Source: Octopus vulgaris
Taxonomy: Eukaryota
Assembly (NCBI GenBank): GCA_951406725.2
Contig: OX597816.1
Location: 148,614,001-148,678,000, forward strand
Length of the DNA stretch: 64,000 nt
Direction: 5' to 3'
The notes beneath the pieces are model-generated. The model saw nothing but the letters and a program-made list of their open reading frames with translations. It had not been told where the DNA came from and searched no databases. The translations under genes and the position numbers were made by a program. The stretch's first letter is position 1. Each line of letters starts with the position of its first letter. Of this stretch, positions 29,160 to 42,870 are shown piece after piece.

Positions 29160-30440
29160 TTTTATTTTAGTCACAAGGCCACAAATTTAATTGGAGGGGC
29201 GTAACCAATTATACCGATTATGCTTAACTGGGGTTTATTTTATCTGCCTTGGTAGGATAAAAGTCTAAGTTTATTTTGGCGGCGTTTGAACTTCTTACGT
29301 AAACGGACGTAATTGTCACAAGATATTTCATCCAATGTTCTACCGATTCTGCTAATCCACTTCCATATTATTATTAATAATATTAGTTTCTAACCTGTTG
29401 ACAATACTACACACCTGGCGTTGATGCAGCATTGTCGATTAATCGATCCCATTAATAGAATTGAAATTATTAAAGATGAAAGGCAATGTCTACACCCCTA
29501 TAGGATTTGAACTCAGCGTATTATGATACGTAATTAATTATCAAATGGTATTTTCTGACTATCTATCCGATTTTCTAACCCACTGCATTTCTGTCGTTAT
29601 TAATCAATTAATCGATTCTACTGATTTGTATTTGTTTTATGAAGGATGAAAGGCAATGTCAACATCCCAATGAGATTTGAACCCAGGATATAAAGACAGA
29701 TAATTGAATGCCAAAAGGCATTTTCTGACAATCTATCAATTCTTCTAAATCCAGAGTTTGTCTGGTGTGAAAATACTCTGTGCTCTTACGGCGACGGACG
29801 AATAGAACTGTTATTACTGCGTTACTTCACTCTGTTTCAAATCCACCTAGATCGACTTCGTTCATCCTTCTGATAATAACTGGTTTCAACTTTTGGCACA
29901 GGCCAGCAATTTAACAGGTGGAGATAAGTCGATTACATCGACTCCCCATTCCCACCCAGTGTTCAACTTGTACTTATTTTATCGGCCCCGAAAGGGTGAC
30001 AAGCAAGGTTGACCCTGACGGTATTTTAACTCGAACATGAAAACGGTCGACATGCCGCAAAGTATTTTGATCGCCGTGCTAACGATTCTGCTAGCTCGCA
30101 TCCCTCGCTAGCAATAATCCTTTCTACTATAGAGTCAAGGCCTAAACATCTGGAGGAGGGGACCAGTCGATTACATCAACCCCAGTAATCGACTTGTACT
30201 TATTTTATCGACCCCGAAAGGATGGCAAACAAAGTCGACTTCGGCGGCATTTGAAATCAGAACGTAAAGACGGACGAAATGCCGCTAAGCATTTTGCCCA
30301 GCATGCTAACGATTCTAACAGCTCGCGGCCTTCACTCTGCTGATAATAATAAAATAAAGGACCAGTCAAGTAAAGAAGCCGATTTAATCAATTTTGCTCA
30401 CCACCAAAAATATGTTCGACCTTGTACCTATGTTAGAATT
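29160..30440. mobile_element. Pile-up of at least six SINE copies of graded divergence, mostly minus strand
   Basis: Repeated gaaaggatgaaaggcaa..gtc..atttgaactc..attctg cores at about 29.2, 29.45, 29.65, 29.95 and 30.2 kb, plus a plus-strand piece at 29.8 and 30.35 kb. Confidence 0.7.
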
Positions 30441-31225
30441 CAATATTAAGTGATTTTTTTTCTCTTTTTGTATTAGCCTCATATTTTATTATTCCTTAGT
30501 AACGCTGTGTCGCCTTGCCAATCAATTCTTTAATGAGATATTACTGTTCTTTTCCTAAAGTGAAGAATATTTTGCTGAGTATTCCTCATCGCAGGACCCT
30601 TGCCAGAAGACAGCCTCAGTAGAATTATCATCTCAACGTTTGGAGTATTTCGAGCTAGCCGGGCGTGAAATGAATTTCTCATGTCACTATCTCCAAGAGT
30701 GCCAAAAGTGAACTGTGCTGGAAATTAAGACGAATAAAAATTCTTATGATAGGAAATGGAAAATATGAAATGAAGAAAAGAAGAACTAAGCAAGAAAAGA
30801 TGAACATAATACTAACATACACCCGTATACACACACATATATTAACGTATTTTTAACCATTATGTGTATGTATATACATACATATGTGTGTGTGGTTTTC
30901 CGTGTAGCCTGAGAGAGTATGAGAGAAAGAGAGAAAATAAGTTGCATATGCTACATTATAATAAGCTTAAATGAAATGCATAAATACAAATATTGTAAAA
31001 TAGATGTTAGAATAAAATTATAATCAAGAATGCATTACGTTTGCCAACGTAAAAAGCAATGGAAAAATCTGCATCAGCTACACATTAATGAAAATGCAAA
31101 ATGCAGTGAAACGAAGCAGTGAATTTAAAGAGCTTTAACAGGTATTTCGACGAAAGTATTCAAAAGCCCAAGGAAAGTTGAAATAGTTTAGATGTTTATA
31201 ATCAAATTCTGTGCATTGATAATGG

Positions 31226-31274
<49 letters not shown>

Positions 31275-31962
31275 TGTGTGTGTGTGAAAAGAACAAGTCC
31301 GTTTTTTGTTTCCATTTTAAATTATCATATTCTATATGCAAAGATATATTCGTTGAAGCATTTTAATATTATACATATATATATATAATATATATCGTTT
31401 TGTTTCGTTTGCTTTTGTTTTGTTTAATTTATTTTATTTATCATTTTTTTGTCTTTGGTACATGTCTTATGTTTGCAAGCGGGAACACACAAATACATAT
31501 AATATACATGTACCTAAATATATGAATAAAATGTTATATAGCACGCGCACACACGCAGGCACACACACGCAGAGTGTGTATGTATACGTAGATATGCACC
31601 TGCGTGCACATACTTTTAATTCTTAACTTTTAATCCATAACTGTGAACCCAACAAAATATACTCTTGTATTCATTTTTTGTTTTTGTTTTTGAATTGAAA
31701 AAGGTATTGTCAGAAGGACTTAGAGGCTTTAACTTTGTTTGTGAAGAGCTTTTTAGAAGAAAAAGTTAGGCTTTTCTAAATTTGATCTTCCCAATAAGGT
31801 GAAAGAAGTCTTACTGAGAACATATCAGTTCGCTGTTAGGAAAATATATGTTGTTGGCTTCACGATTAGTGGTGAAATGTACTGAAACTCAGACTTCTAA
31901 ATTGGATTTCTTTATCCTAATTGGTCTTATCTTGTTCCTAAATACTTGTCGCCCCTAGAGGT

Positions 31963-32090
<128 letters not shown>

Positions 32091-32465
32091 GAAGAGTAAC
32101 TGAATGCATAAATGGTAGGCGGGATGTACACAGTGTTAAGTATGGTGGAGTTGAAGCAGAATTTCTACACGCTAATGGTGATGGTTAGGTATAACTGGTC
32201 ATTGAAGTTTTGTTAGTTTCAGTACTATGAGATATCCACAATGCGAATGGAAGTAGATTGATAATGGGAGTGAAAGAGATGAGAATGGACATCTTGGCAA
32301 AGTTTGGGAAAAGAGGAGGGAGAGTGGAGGTTTGTGGTGGTAAAGGAATAGTTGCAAGAGGGGAGGAAGTTTGTGGGAGTTGATTACAGGTAAAGGGCAA
32401 TAGTAGGTATCTAAACAGACACACGCGCGCACACATACACACACACACACATTGAAATACACATA

Positions 32466-32727
32466 CAGCAATCCCTTGACTATCGCGGATGTTACGTTCA
32501 AAAACTCTCCCGCGATAGGTGAAACAGTACTATACTGTATATTTTTAAATTATTTTTATAATTTGTTCATATTTATTTTATTATAAAGGCAAAACAGCAA
32601 CACGGAGGAATCAACGTAAGCTTAAATAGTAAACCGTGATAGGTGAACCGCAATAGGTGAACTACGATAGGTCAACCACGATAGGTGAACCGCGATAGGT
32701 GAACTGCAATACGGCGAGAGATTACTG
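32466..32727. mobile_element. pogo/Tigger-like MITE
   Basis: Imperfect TIRs cagcaatcccttgactatcgcgg / ctgcaatacggcgagagattactg, TA at the left end, and subterminal 14-bp repeats aaccgcgataggtg (~5 copies). Confidence 0.7.
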
Positions 32728-32939
32728 TCTATGCATTAATACATGAAAACACATGTCTAGCTGTCTGGCTGTATGTATGTATGTATGTATGTATGTATGT
32801 ATGTATGTGAATTGTCTACTATATGGTGGTTGTCTACTCCTTATGCAGAGTCTGACCACATCTTGCACTTACACCTTAAATCAATCGTGGCGTCTGATGT
32901 GGGCTTTTAAACCAAAGTTTTGAAAAGACGTCCACATAA

Positions 32940-33345
32940 ATTACATATCTGTTCTGGACCACCAAGAGCTGCAGTTAAGTCCTAATCCTTGTGTATCTTA
33001 AAATGTCTTCTGAGGGCTCCGTGAGATTGGCAAACCTTATGACATAAATAGCATTGATAGGTATGCACAGACAGATAGGCAGAATAGTTGGTGGAAATTC
33101 GTTTTTCATGAGTCCGCAAATAAGAAAGGTATGGTCTATCACAAACTGTGCACACACAACGGTGGCTGGGATTCATTTTCTCTTTAAGCGTAGCATTTTT
33201 CTTTAAATTTCTTTTGAGTTTCGCATGAGTCATCCTGATTTCTTCATAAGCTTTCACTCCACTCCACACTTTTGTTCGCCATCCAACTCGATCGGAAGCA
33301 AAGGTTTCTATGGCCTTTGGATCCATTCTAAGTGATTTTGTGTTA
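32940..33345 (-). mobile_element. RTE-clade LINE 3' end with two C2H2-like fingers
   Basis: IETFASDRVGWR (the RTE DRxxWR motif), CTVCDRPY..LRTH and YQCYLCHKVCQSHGALRRHFKIH*. The 5' side is truncated at (TA)n. Confidence 0.65.
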
Positions 33346-33350
33346 GTCCT

Positions 33351-33409
<59 letters not shown>

Positions 33410-33889
33410 GTGTACGTGGGTGCGTGTGTGTGTGTAGAAAGAGAGAGAGATGAATAAGAGAAAATTGATTGAACCACATTATTTCAAATCACAATTGTTT
33501 CCAGAGACTGACACACCCGCAGTACATTGGTGAGATGATATAAATATATTGCATGATCATTATCATCCACCAAAGGGGTAAAATTTATTTCTTAAGGTGA
33601 TTATTTTAAATAAATCCTTCGTTAGATCGTATACTCATTTCATCTGTACAAGAAGGAATACTCAATGCAGTGTGCTATTTTCAGTAATTTGCAGACAAAC
33701 TTAAACCTATGGAAATAGTGACTGACAAAACACAAGTATAATCAAATTACAAAATACAGAAACAAAGTATCAGAGACAAAGAAACTCTCGTGTCAAGTTA
33801 ACTATAAATTATAATTTTATCTTCATAACCAGATTATTAGGAATCAAAAGAAATGCAGAATGCATAATGAAAGCATTTCTACTAAAGGG

Positions 33890-34205
33890 AAAAATTTTTT
33901 ATGGAGAGGCAGAGACTAGTAGATTACATCGACCACAGTGTTTCACTCGTACTTAACTTATCGACCCCCGAAAGGATGAAAGGCGAAGTCGACCTCGGAG
34001 GAATTTGAACTCATATCGTTCAGACAGACGAAATGCTGCTAAGCATATTACCCAGCATGCTAACAACTCTGCCTTCTCGCCGCCTTCAAAAGGATGGAAG
34101 GCAAAGTTGATCTAAGTGGGATTTGAACTCAGAATCTAAAGAGCTGGAAGAAATACTATCAAGAGCATTTTTTTCCAATAACCTAATAATTCTGTTAGCT
34201 CACCA
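33890..34205 (-). mobile_element. tRNA-derived SINE plus an adjacent older partial copy
   Basis: Family core present twice. Confidence 0.75.
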
Positions 34206-34500
34206 CAAGCATTTAGAAATAATAACGTGATAGAGTTATAAGGATTGACCATTTCTGTGCTTGACAACTAGCTACTTTAGAGAAATCTAAAGTATCTCCT
34301 GCCTGTTACAACAAAGCATCTGGTTCCATTCGTCACCGTAATCTGCCTTTAAACGAAGTTAATATATGGTTGTCTAGCTTTTATATCTTTGTGTGAAACA
34401 TTTAGAAAAATAAGTTAGTAGGTAAACTCTCCCCCGCATACATTCATATTCTTTCATATACCAACATACAAGGTAGTGTATATAGTTATATATATATATT

Positions 34501-34559
<59 letters not shown>

Positions 34560-34666
34560 CTTTTTATATATGCACACATATATTTCTTGCATATATACAT
34601 ACTATTTTTACTATTTATATTAATATTAATATATGTTGACTTCAAAGTCTAGCCCACGTAAAAGAT

Positions 34667-34702
<36 letters not shown>

Positions 34703-35269
34703 CATACATACATATATATGCTCTTACTATTTTTAAGCAGAAATAAATGCAGCGAAGTATAACAAGATAAAATAAAATAAGTAGATTGCATCAATAGAAT
34801 TTAAAATTTTAATTGTTTTTACTAAACTGCGAAAATGAGCATTTTACTCTGTCGTTAGATTTGGTAACCATTTTGGAGAGCCTATTCACAAGTTCATTTG
34901 AACACATTAAAATGCATAGTGACGCCTCAAAACAGAGATAACGAGATCTTGAAAATCTATTGTACGTGCATGCATTTTTTATCACCGTTTATATCATGCT
35001 GTATTGTACTTTTCATTCCTTGTTTCCAGAGATCAAGTCAGCGAGAGATGTGTAGTGTCTCTTAATAATGTTTTTAAACGATGCAATGTGATTACAATAT
35101 CGATGTCGCGGTCGCACCTATATATACAACTGCTTCTGCTTGCGTTCTAAACTTTACATTCGTATATTACGGTAGTTAATAACTGTGTAGGAGCTTTGCA
35201 TTACATACTATAATGTTCTTACCAAATTTGTATTCAAGTTTTATTCTGTTTTTTTTTTTATTCGATTTC

Positions 35270-35415
35270 TCTCCGTTTTTTTCCTCTCTAATCCTTTCTC
35301 TCGAAGAGCGTAGGCTCGAAACGTCAAATACCTTTCCATTCTTCTCGAGCGTTAAACTAACACACCTGCTTGTTGCTGGTTCACCTTCGTCTTCTCCTTT
35401 CTGTAAATTTGAACT
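35270..35415 (+). mobile_element. Penelope-like pLTR remnant with a mutated hammerhead (35295-35328)
   Basis: ttt CTCTCGA a GAGC gtag GCTC GAAAC GTC aaa, with the same downstream sequence family as 15.7 kb. The CUGA core is damaged. Confidence 0.55.
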
Positions 35416-35573
35416 GCGTGTGTGTATGTGAGCGTGTGTATGTGTGTGTGCGTGTGTATGTGTGTGTATATATAAATACATACATGTATGTATGCCTACA
35501 TGTATGTATGTATATGTATGTATTATATGTATGTATATGCATGTACGCATGTAAGTATATATGAGTGTTAATA

Positions 35574-35759
35574 TGCGTGGGGGTGCTGAAAAGTACCTGG
35601 TTTTAAGGGTATCGCAAAATACCCGGTTGCAGGGCTTAGCATAACTGAAGGAATACTGCAATAAGTGTGTGAATCTGAGAGGGGAATAAAATCACAATTA
35701 ACTCATCCTCCTATATTTTCTTTTACCTAATTCCAGGAGCTTTTCAGCACCTACCTCGA
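35574..35759 (+). mobile_element. Short mariner-derived MITE
   Basis: TIRs ggtgctgaaaagtacctgg / ccaggagcttttcagcacc. The internal CNKCVNLRGE matches a mariner C-terminus. Confidence 0.7.
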
Positions 35760-36039
35760 TTGTACCTTGTTTTAATTTTATTTACTCATTATACATATTT
35801 TTCTTAATTTATGGATCTTATATCGTCTGTCACCCATCTCCCTAATTTTACACACCTCGTCTATCCTAACACACATATATATTTGTAAATTCCCTTTTCA
35901 ATGAGCACTATACTTTATTGTATCTTTTCGAGCCTTTATGGCCAATACAGGGATGCTTGTTAACAATACTTTACTGTTACACGGTAACGACCGGTTCAAT
36001 TATGCTTCCCATCAAATCATATGTAGTTGCTGTCACTCC

Positions 36040-36330
36040 TATATATTCCTTGCGTTTGCTCGGGAACTTTCAAAATAATTCTTGCTGAACAAGTAAACAG
36101 CTTTTCTGTACTGTACCCACACTTAGATTTATGATCTCCCTTTCCAAGATTTGCTCTCCAATTCTTTTTCACAGTTCCCGTGATCCCAATGATAACTAGC
36201 AGGATCATGGCCTCCTTGACTTTTTATTCCAGCATTTGAGAATTTTATTTTCCAGATCACTATAATACTCGTTTTCCTATTCCGTTTTTCTTGACTCTCT
36301 TATCAAATGAGCATACCACGTAAATTACAA
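36040..36330 (-). mobile_element. Degenerate R4-like endonuclease 3' fragment
   Basis: ILLVIIGITGTVKKNW and SARIILKV resemble the 8.9-9.1 kb RLE C-terminus. Confidence 0.55.
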
Positions 36331-37235
36331 GTACAGAGGTTGATTTCATTGACTAACTTTCCCCACCACCACCACCGCCACCGCCACCACAACTTTCTTG
36401 TCTTGTGCTTACGTTACAACCTATTGTAATTATTTATATTATACCCTATAGATATTCTTCGTATCTCACTTTTGAGCCTACATCTCACTAGTAATATAAA
36501 GACCCATTCGCCTCCTTTCAATCTTCCTCTCAATTCCTCTCTTCTTCTTTCTCAAGCCCTGTATTCCTACTCCTCAAGCTTGCGTTTCCATCTTTTAAAC
36601 GACTTACGTATATCGCTTAACGATACGCTTGGCACCCGCTCAACTTTCCACTGTAATCAAATATCTAAAATTGTACCTGTACAAATGTCTCGATTTCTCG
36701 CGTCTTTCACTCAATTTCTTTAATATCAAGTTCCCCACAAACCCTTTTATTATTTCTTCTTCCATTTATTCGTACGCGGGGAAAAGGGAAAATGATTACC
36801 AAGTAATCCTACTCGTCAAAATATTTATTCTCCCACTATGTATTCCTGTACGTTTCTCCACCACCCAACTAATTTCCTTTTCCTCCTCTTTTTCCTCTTC
36901 CTACTCATACTCTTGTGCTACTGCTTTCTTTCTCTTCGTCCTCTCTTTTCGATCTCTCCCACCCCATATCATCTCCTTATTTCCTCCAGTTCTCTCTTAG
37001 CCTGGATTTCGATCTGGGTTCGCTTCGTAACCGCTGTCACTCTTCCCATTATTACTTTCACGTTTCCTTCTATTTTCACATTCTTCTCCCATCTTCATTC
37101 TATAATCCTTCTTTTTTTTCTTTCTTCTTTCTCGATTTTTAGTTCACCTTCTCCATCTCTCCCATCTTCGTTTCCTTTCTGTTTTCTTCCTCATCCGGTC
37201 TTCCGTATTTTCCTAGATAAATCGACAGACGAACT

Positions 37236-37388
<153 letters not shown>

Positions 37389-38352
37389 TGGCGCACAAAA
37401 ATGCTTAATTTTCTTCTTAGAAACAAAGTCGAAACATCTGACTGTGTTATTAGTAGCAATAAACCTAATATATCTACTCTGTAACACTGAGTTTTCTTTT
37501 TCTTGCAGATTACTACAACCATTCGTTCTGAATTCATGAGCACATGTGTGTATGTGTATGTGTACTTGTATAATACATTAGGAATTAGCATGTATGTGCT
37601 TAAGTATACTTATGCACATAGGTGTGAACGTGCGTCTTATAGATGAAAAGAACCATGTGTTCCACTGTAATTCCGTTCTGGATTGAAATTATGTTCCCTT
37701 AACGCACGACTATTCCGTTTCTTTTAACACACTAACCTCAACAGGGATTATAAGGCGTTGATCGAGAATCTCTGATTACGAGATGTGAAGCAATTTATTT
37801 TATTTATCACATTAGTGTAAAGGAGAAGTATTTTTAGAAATCTTGTGTATGTAAGTATATTCCTTTATTATATGTGTTAATGCGTATATTCTGTTGCATG
37901 TTTAATAAAGATATGGCGAATATGGTTTCGTACAGGTGTTCTCTTTTACATATTAAAATTCATCGATTTTCCATTAAAACTTTTAGTAATGTTGCTATAC
38001 GTTAAATAGCTTTATTGTTTTTATAGAGATAATGTGAGGCAGTAATGTATAGAGGAATACACACACGCGTACACGCACATGCACATACATACAGATTGCG
38101 TATATGTGTGTATTACGTTGTGGTTTACTTGCGTAAGCATTAAAGTATTTCATGCATGATTGTGCTAATATGCGAGGTGTTTATTATATGTGGGTACTTG
38201 GGTAGACAATGGCTTTCATATATTCAGCGTTAATAAGATACACGACAGAAATATATCATGGTTGAAAACTTCAACATTCTCTTCTTTGAATCTCCTCATG
38301 TCCAGAACAATACACACATACAAAAATACATACCTGTACAATGTTTATATTT

Positions 38353-38765
38353 AGGCGAAGGAGTGGCTGTGTGGTAAGTAGCTTGCTTACGAACCACATG
38401 GTTCCGGGTTCAGTCCCACTGTGTGGCACCTAGAGCAAGTGTCTTCTACTATAGCCTCGGGCCGACCAAAGCCTTGAGTGGATTTGGTAGACGGAAACTG
38501 AAAGAAGCCAGTCGTATATATGTATATATATATATGTATGTATGTGTGTATAGGTTCGTGTGTCTGTGTTTGTCCCCCCAACATCGCTTCACAACCGATG
38601 CTGATGTGTTTACGCCCCCGTAACTAAGCGGTTCGGCAAAAGAGACCGATAGAATAAGTACTAGGCCTACAAAGAATAAGTCCTGGGGTCGATTTGCTCG
38701 ACTAAAGGCCGTGCTCCAGCATGGCCACAGTCAAATGAATGAAACAAGTAAAAGAGTAAAAGAGT
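38353..38765 (+). mobile_element. Full-length second tRNA-derived SINE family (CORE-like)
   Basis: A-box gtggctgtgtggta, B-box ggttcagtccc, CORE-like gcaagtgtctt, an internal microsatellite, and a tail gaaacaagtaaaagagtaaaagag. Confidence 0.85.
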
Positions 38766-38793
38766 AAATGTGTGTGTATGGACGTATGTATAC

Positions 38794-38962
<169 letters not shown>

Positions 38963-39974
38963 TTTTCTAGTTTTATTAAAGTTTATCTTGAAAGAGTTCA
39001 AGCCAGTCGCTAACAAAGTGACAAGACTTTTTTTTAGTTAAGAGGGTGCCCGATGTTTGTAAATGTGATTGAGTTGGTGTGTTGGTGTGTTGGTTGAGTT
39101 GTCGGTGTGTGCATCAATTCACATAAGAATCTCAAATGGAGAATTTTTAGAATGTCCTACAAATCTTCACTGTACCACTAATAGATTGGATTTGGAAAAT
39201 CCGCTTCAGTCTCTCTTGCTCTTTGTCATGAAACAGACTATTTCTAAGTTTATAAATGTATGTATATATTATGTAAGTGTTGTTTTATGTATGTATGTAT
39301 GTATGTATGTACGTATGTATGAATGTATGTATGTATGTATGTATGTATGTATGTATGTATGTATGTATGTATGTATGTATGTATGACGGCTACTCTGCTG
39401 AGCAAGATATCTTGCACTTTACTTGTCTCTGGGCTTCTTGGTATTACTAGTGAGAGGCGTGTGTTGTGCAAGCTGCACTCGACTTAAACCCCACGCACGG
39501 GCATTGCTAACACTTAACGCTGTCAGTGATATCCATACTTGTCTAACGAGTAGATAGCCATCATGTATGTATCTGAAAAACTCTCATCTTGATTTTGCTA
39601 TATGACCGCCCAGTTATTCGATCTACTCTTTGACTAAACGTACCAAGTGGCTGAGTATCCCACAGCTCGCAATGTACATCTGAAGTAGAATCAGTGTGAC
39701 GTGCCTGTAACTTTTGTATTATAGCTACAATCCACTCAATGGGTTATATACAGTTTCCATCATTACAATCAATTTTCACTCTCTAGTTGTGGGTCGACTC
39801 GAGAGTAAAAAAGTTACACTTGCCCAAGATGCCAAACAATTAGGAGCGAACGCGAGACCTCCGGGTTGCGAGGCGAACTTCTTGCCCGTTTGGTTATGTT
39901 TCACCTAGTAAACGCGCGCGCGCGCACACACACACACACACATCTGTGTATATATATGTCTATATATAAGAGAT

Positions 39975-40500
39975 ATATTTCGACCAAAGATTGGTTTAGG
40001 TCATGTCGAGCCACCTGATAGGATTTGCTAAATCCTTTTTAAGTCAAGTTTTGTGGAACCATGGCCCATTCGTGGAGGGAGTTCTTGTTGAGTGAGTTGT
40101 ATCCAGGTATAGCTGTCTTATCTGGTATCACTTGAAGAAATTTGTCCAAATTCCGTTTAAAGGTGATGGAATCCTTTTCCTCTTTGATCTGTTTTAGGAT
40201 AATGTTAAATAAGGAAGGACCTGTTGAGGAAAATAAATTGAATTGTAGTGTATTAATGTTTGAGATCCTGAATTGAGTAGGGGACGCGTGGTTCTAGTCT
40301 TGGATGAATTCTGAAACTAACGCTGAGGTCGTTTGGGGAGTGCCGGTGGTATATTCTCCATATCGTGTAAATGATGTATCGCTCACGGCGGCGCTGGAGA
40401 GAATAGAGTTTCAATGCTTTAAGGCGGTCCCAATAACTGAGATCAGTTATGTCCTTTGTTCTTTTAGTGAATGCCCTCTGGGGTGACTCAGTTTTCGAAA
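39975..40500 (-). mobile_element. CR1/L2-group LINE 3' end
   Basis: QRAFTKR..LSYWDRLKALKLYSLQRRRERY and GPSLFNII..FKRNLDKFLQVIPD. Confidence 0.85.
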
Positions 40501-40609
40501 TGGAAAGTAGAAGTATATTCCCACGCAGGAAAAAAGTACAGGAGAATTTGTTTTAGGGTTTGAAAATGCACCTGAATCTGAAAAACGTGTAGTCGTATTT
40601 AAATATTCT

Positions 40610-40747
40610 TTAATTCTTTTATTTGTTCCAGTCATTTGACTGCAACCATGCTGGAGCACCGCCTTTAATCGAACAAATCGACCCCAGGACTTATTCTTTG
40701 TAAGCCTAGTTCTTATTCTATGGGTCTCTATTGCCGAACCGCTAAGT
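40610..40747 (-). mobile_element. 3' half of the CORE-like SINE family
   Basis: Reverse complement of 38625-38760. Confidence 0.8.
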
Positions 40748-41256
40748 ATATGTGTGTGTGTGTATGTGCGTATGTATATATTTACATATATGTATTTATA
40801 TATACTCATCATATATATGTATAATATATATAGCTATATTATATATATATATATATATAAATGTATAAGTGTGTGGGGGTGCGCGTATGTTTCATACAGC
40901 TCATTGACTACGAAGTTAAAAGTAATTTTAATGATTTGGTGGCAATATCCAGTCTTCCTAGTAATTTTGTGCTCTCCATGATACGTTGGAGTCACATGTC
41001 AACTACTGCAAGTAACGCATCAGGTGTTTCTATTGGAGAATGATCAAACGAACTTTAGATAGGCGCAGCACACTTTTTAATGCCAAAGAACACACTACAC
41101 TGCAGGTTTGCTTCTATATGCGAATACATTACAAGCAGATATACATATGCATACACATATACACAAATACAAAGCATATATACATTCATCTATGTGTGTT
41201 TACATTTTAACCTGCATAAATACATATATTCACTCATACATATGTGTGTGTGTGTA

Positions 41257-42069
41257 TTTGATCTGATCAGTAAGTATCCGGACCGTTACCATAGTAACAA
41301 AGCTAAAGCACGCAGCGTAAAGCGTTTGGCACAGATTTGAAGGAAGGTGTTTAGCGTGTGATCGTCGTATTGGCTATGACAGAGAAAGTTGTCATGGTGA
41401 TACTTACTCAGAGGCGTACGCAAAGTTGCAGAAACTGTATGGAGAAGAGCGTATGAGCTGCACTCAAGTGTACGATTGGGTCAGACATTTCAAAGATGGC
41501 CGAAAAATTGCGATATTGACGAACATTCTGAGAGACCCGCAACTACCAGAAGTGAGAAAAACATCGCAGATATGCATGCAGCTGTGAGGGGAAATCCTCG
41601 AATCATCATCCGTGAGTTATCAGAGGATGTGCAGATTAGTTAAGATTCAGTTCAGTCCATTATCACTGAAGATTTGGGTATGAGACGCATCTCTGCCAAG
41701 TTTGTGCCAAAACTACTTTCGGCTGACGAAAAAGACACTCGGGTTTCAGTTACACAAGATTGCCTTGATTGTGTCGAGAATGACAAAAACTCTTTGAGAA
41801 CTTTTTCTATGAACAGGTATCGCCAAGCTTTTGGCAAAATTTGATGCATATTTTCTGCTCAACTTTCTCTGTCATGGTCAATGCGACGATCACACGCTAC
41901 ACATCTCCCTTCCAAACACTGCTGTAAGCAGCGGAAGTGAGTTAAAACGTTAAAACTTAGTGCGCATGCACAGCAGGGTTCAAGGTCAATCTGGGTCAAG
42001 CAGCTTTACTCTGCATGCTTTAGCTTCGTTACAATGGCAACAGTCCGGATATTTATTAATCAGACCACG
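41257..42069. mobile_element. Mariner-derived element with two 5' ends (long TIRs), TA-flanked
   Basis: About 65-bp imperfect TIRs. The plus strand encodes HTH..RISAKFVPKLL. The minus strand at ~41815-41876 encodes MTEKVEQKICIKFCQKLGDT, a second transposase start. Confidence 0.85.
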
Positions 42070-42628
42070 TATATATATATATATACATACATACATACAT
42101 ACATACATACACACATACATACATACATACATACATACAAACATGTACATTGGCATACATAGATGCGTATATATGTTTATATATGTTTATATATATATAT
42201 ATATAACTGCATATGTACAATCGCATATATGCATTCATTTATATATGTATACATTTTAACGTTTCAAAACACTGCCATTTCAAGGTGATATTCGCAATTT
42301 AGGAATTAAAAAATGACTGCATTTCTGTCGTTTTCAACAATGGGTATTCAGCTGTTCGATCAACTGAACTACCTATTCATTAAATTTAAGTGATTGAATC
42401 TTCTAAGGTCTTGTGAAACCTTAGCGTAAATCTCAGAATCAGAGTGACACAACGTTGGACCTTTGAATTACAGGTAGAATTTATCCGATGAGCTTAGCTT
42501 AAGATGCAATGCAGTAGGATACAATTCCGAACCTCGAGGTTTCGAATCACATTTCTTAAAAAATTACCCATCATTCATCTATATAGTGTATGTGTGCCTA
42601 ACACATACACTAACATAGATGGACATAC

Positions 42629-42772
<144 letters not shown>

Positions 42773-42793
42773 GGATGGATGGATGGATGGATG

Positions 42794-42855
<62 letters not shown>

Positions 42856-42870
42856 TAGATAGATAGATAT

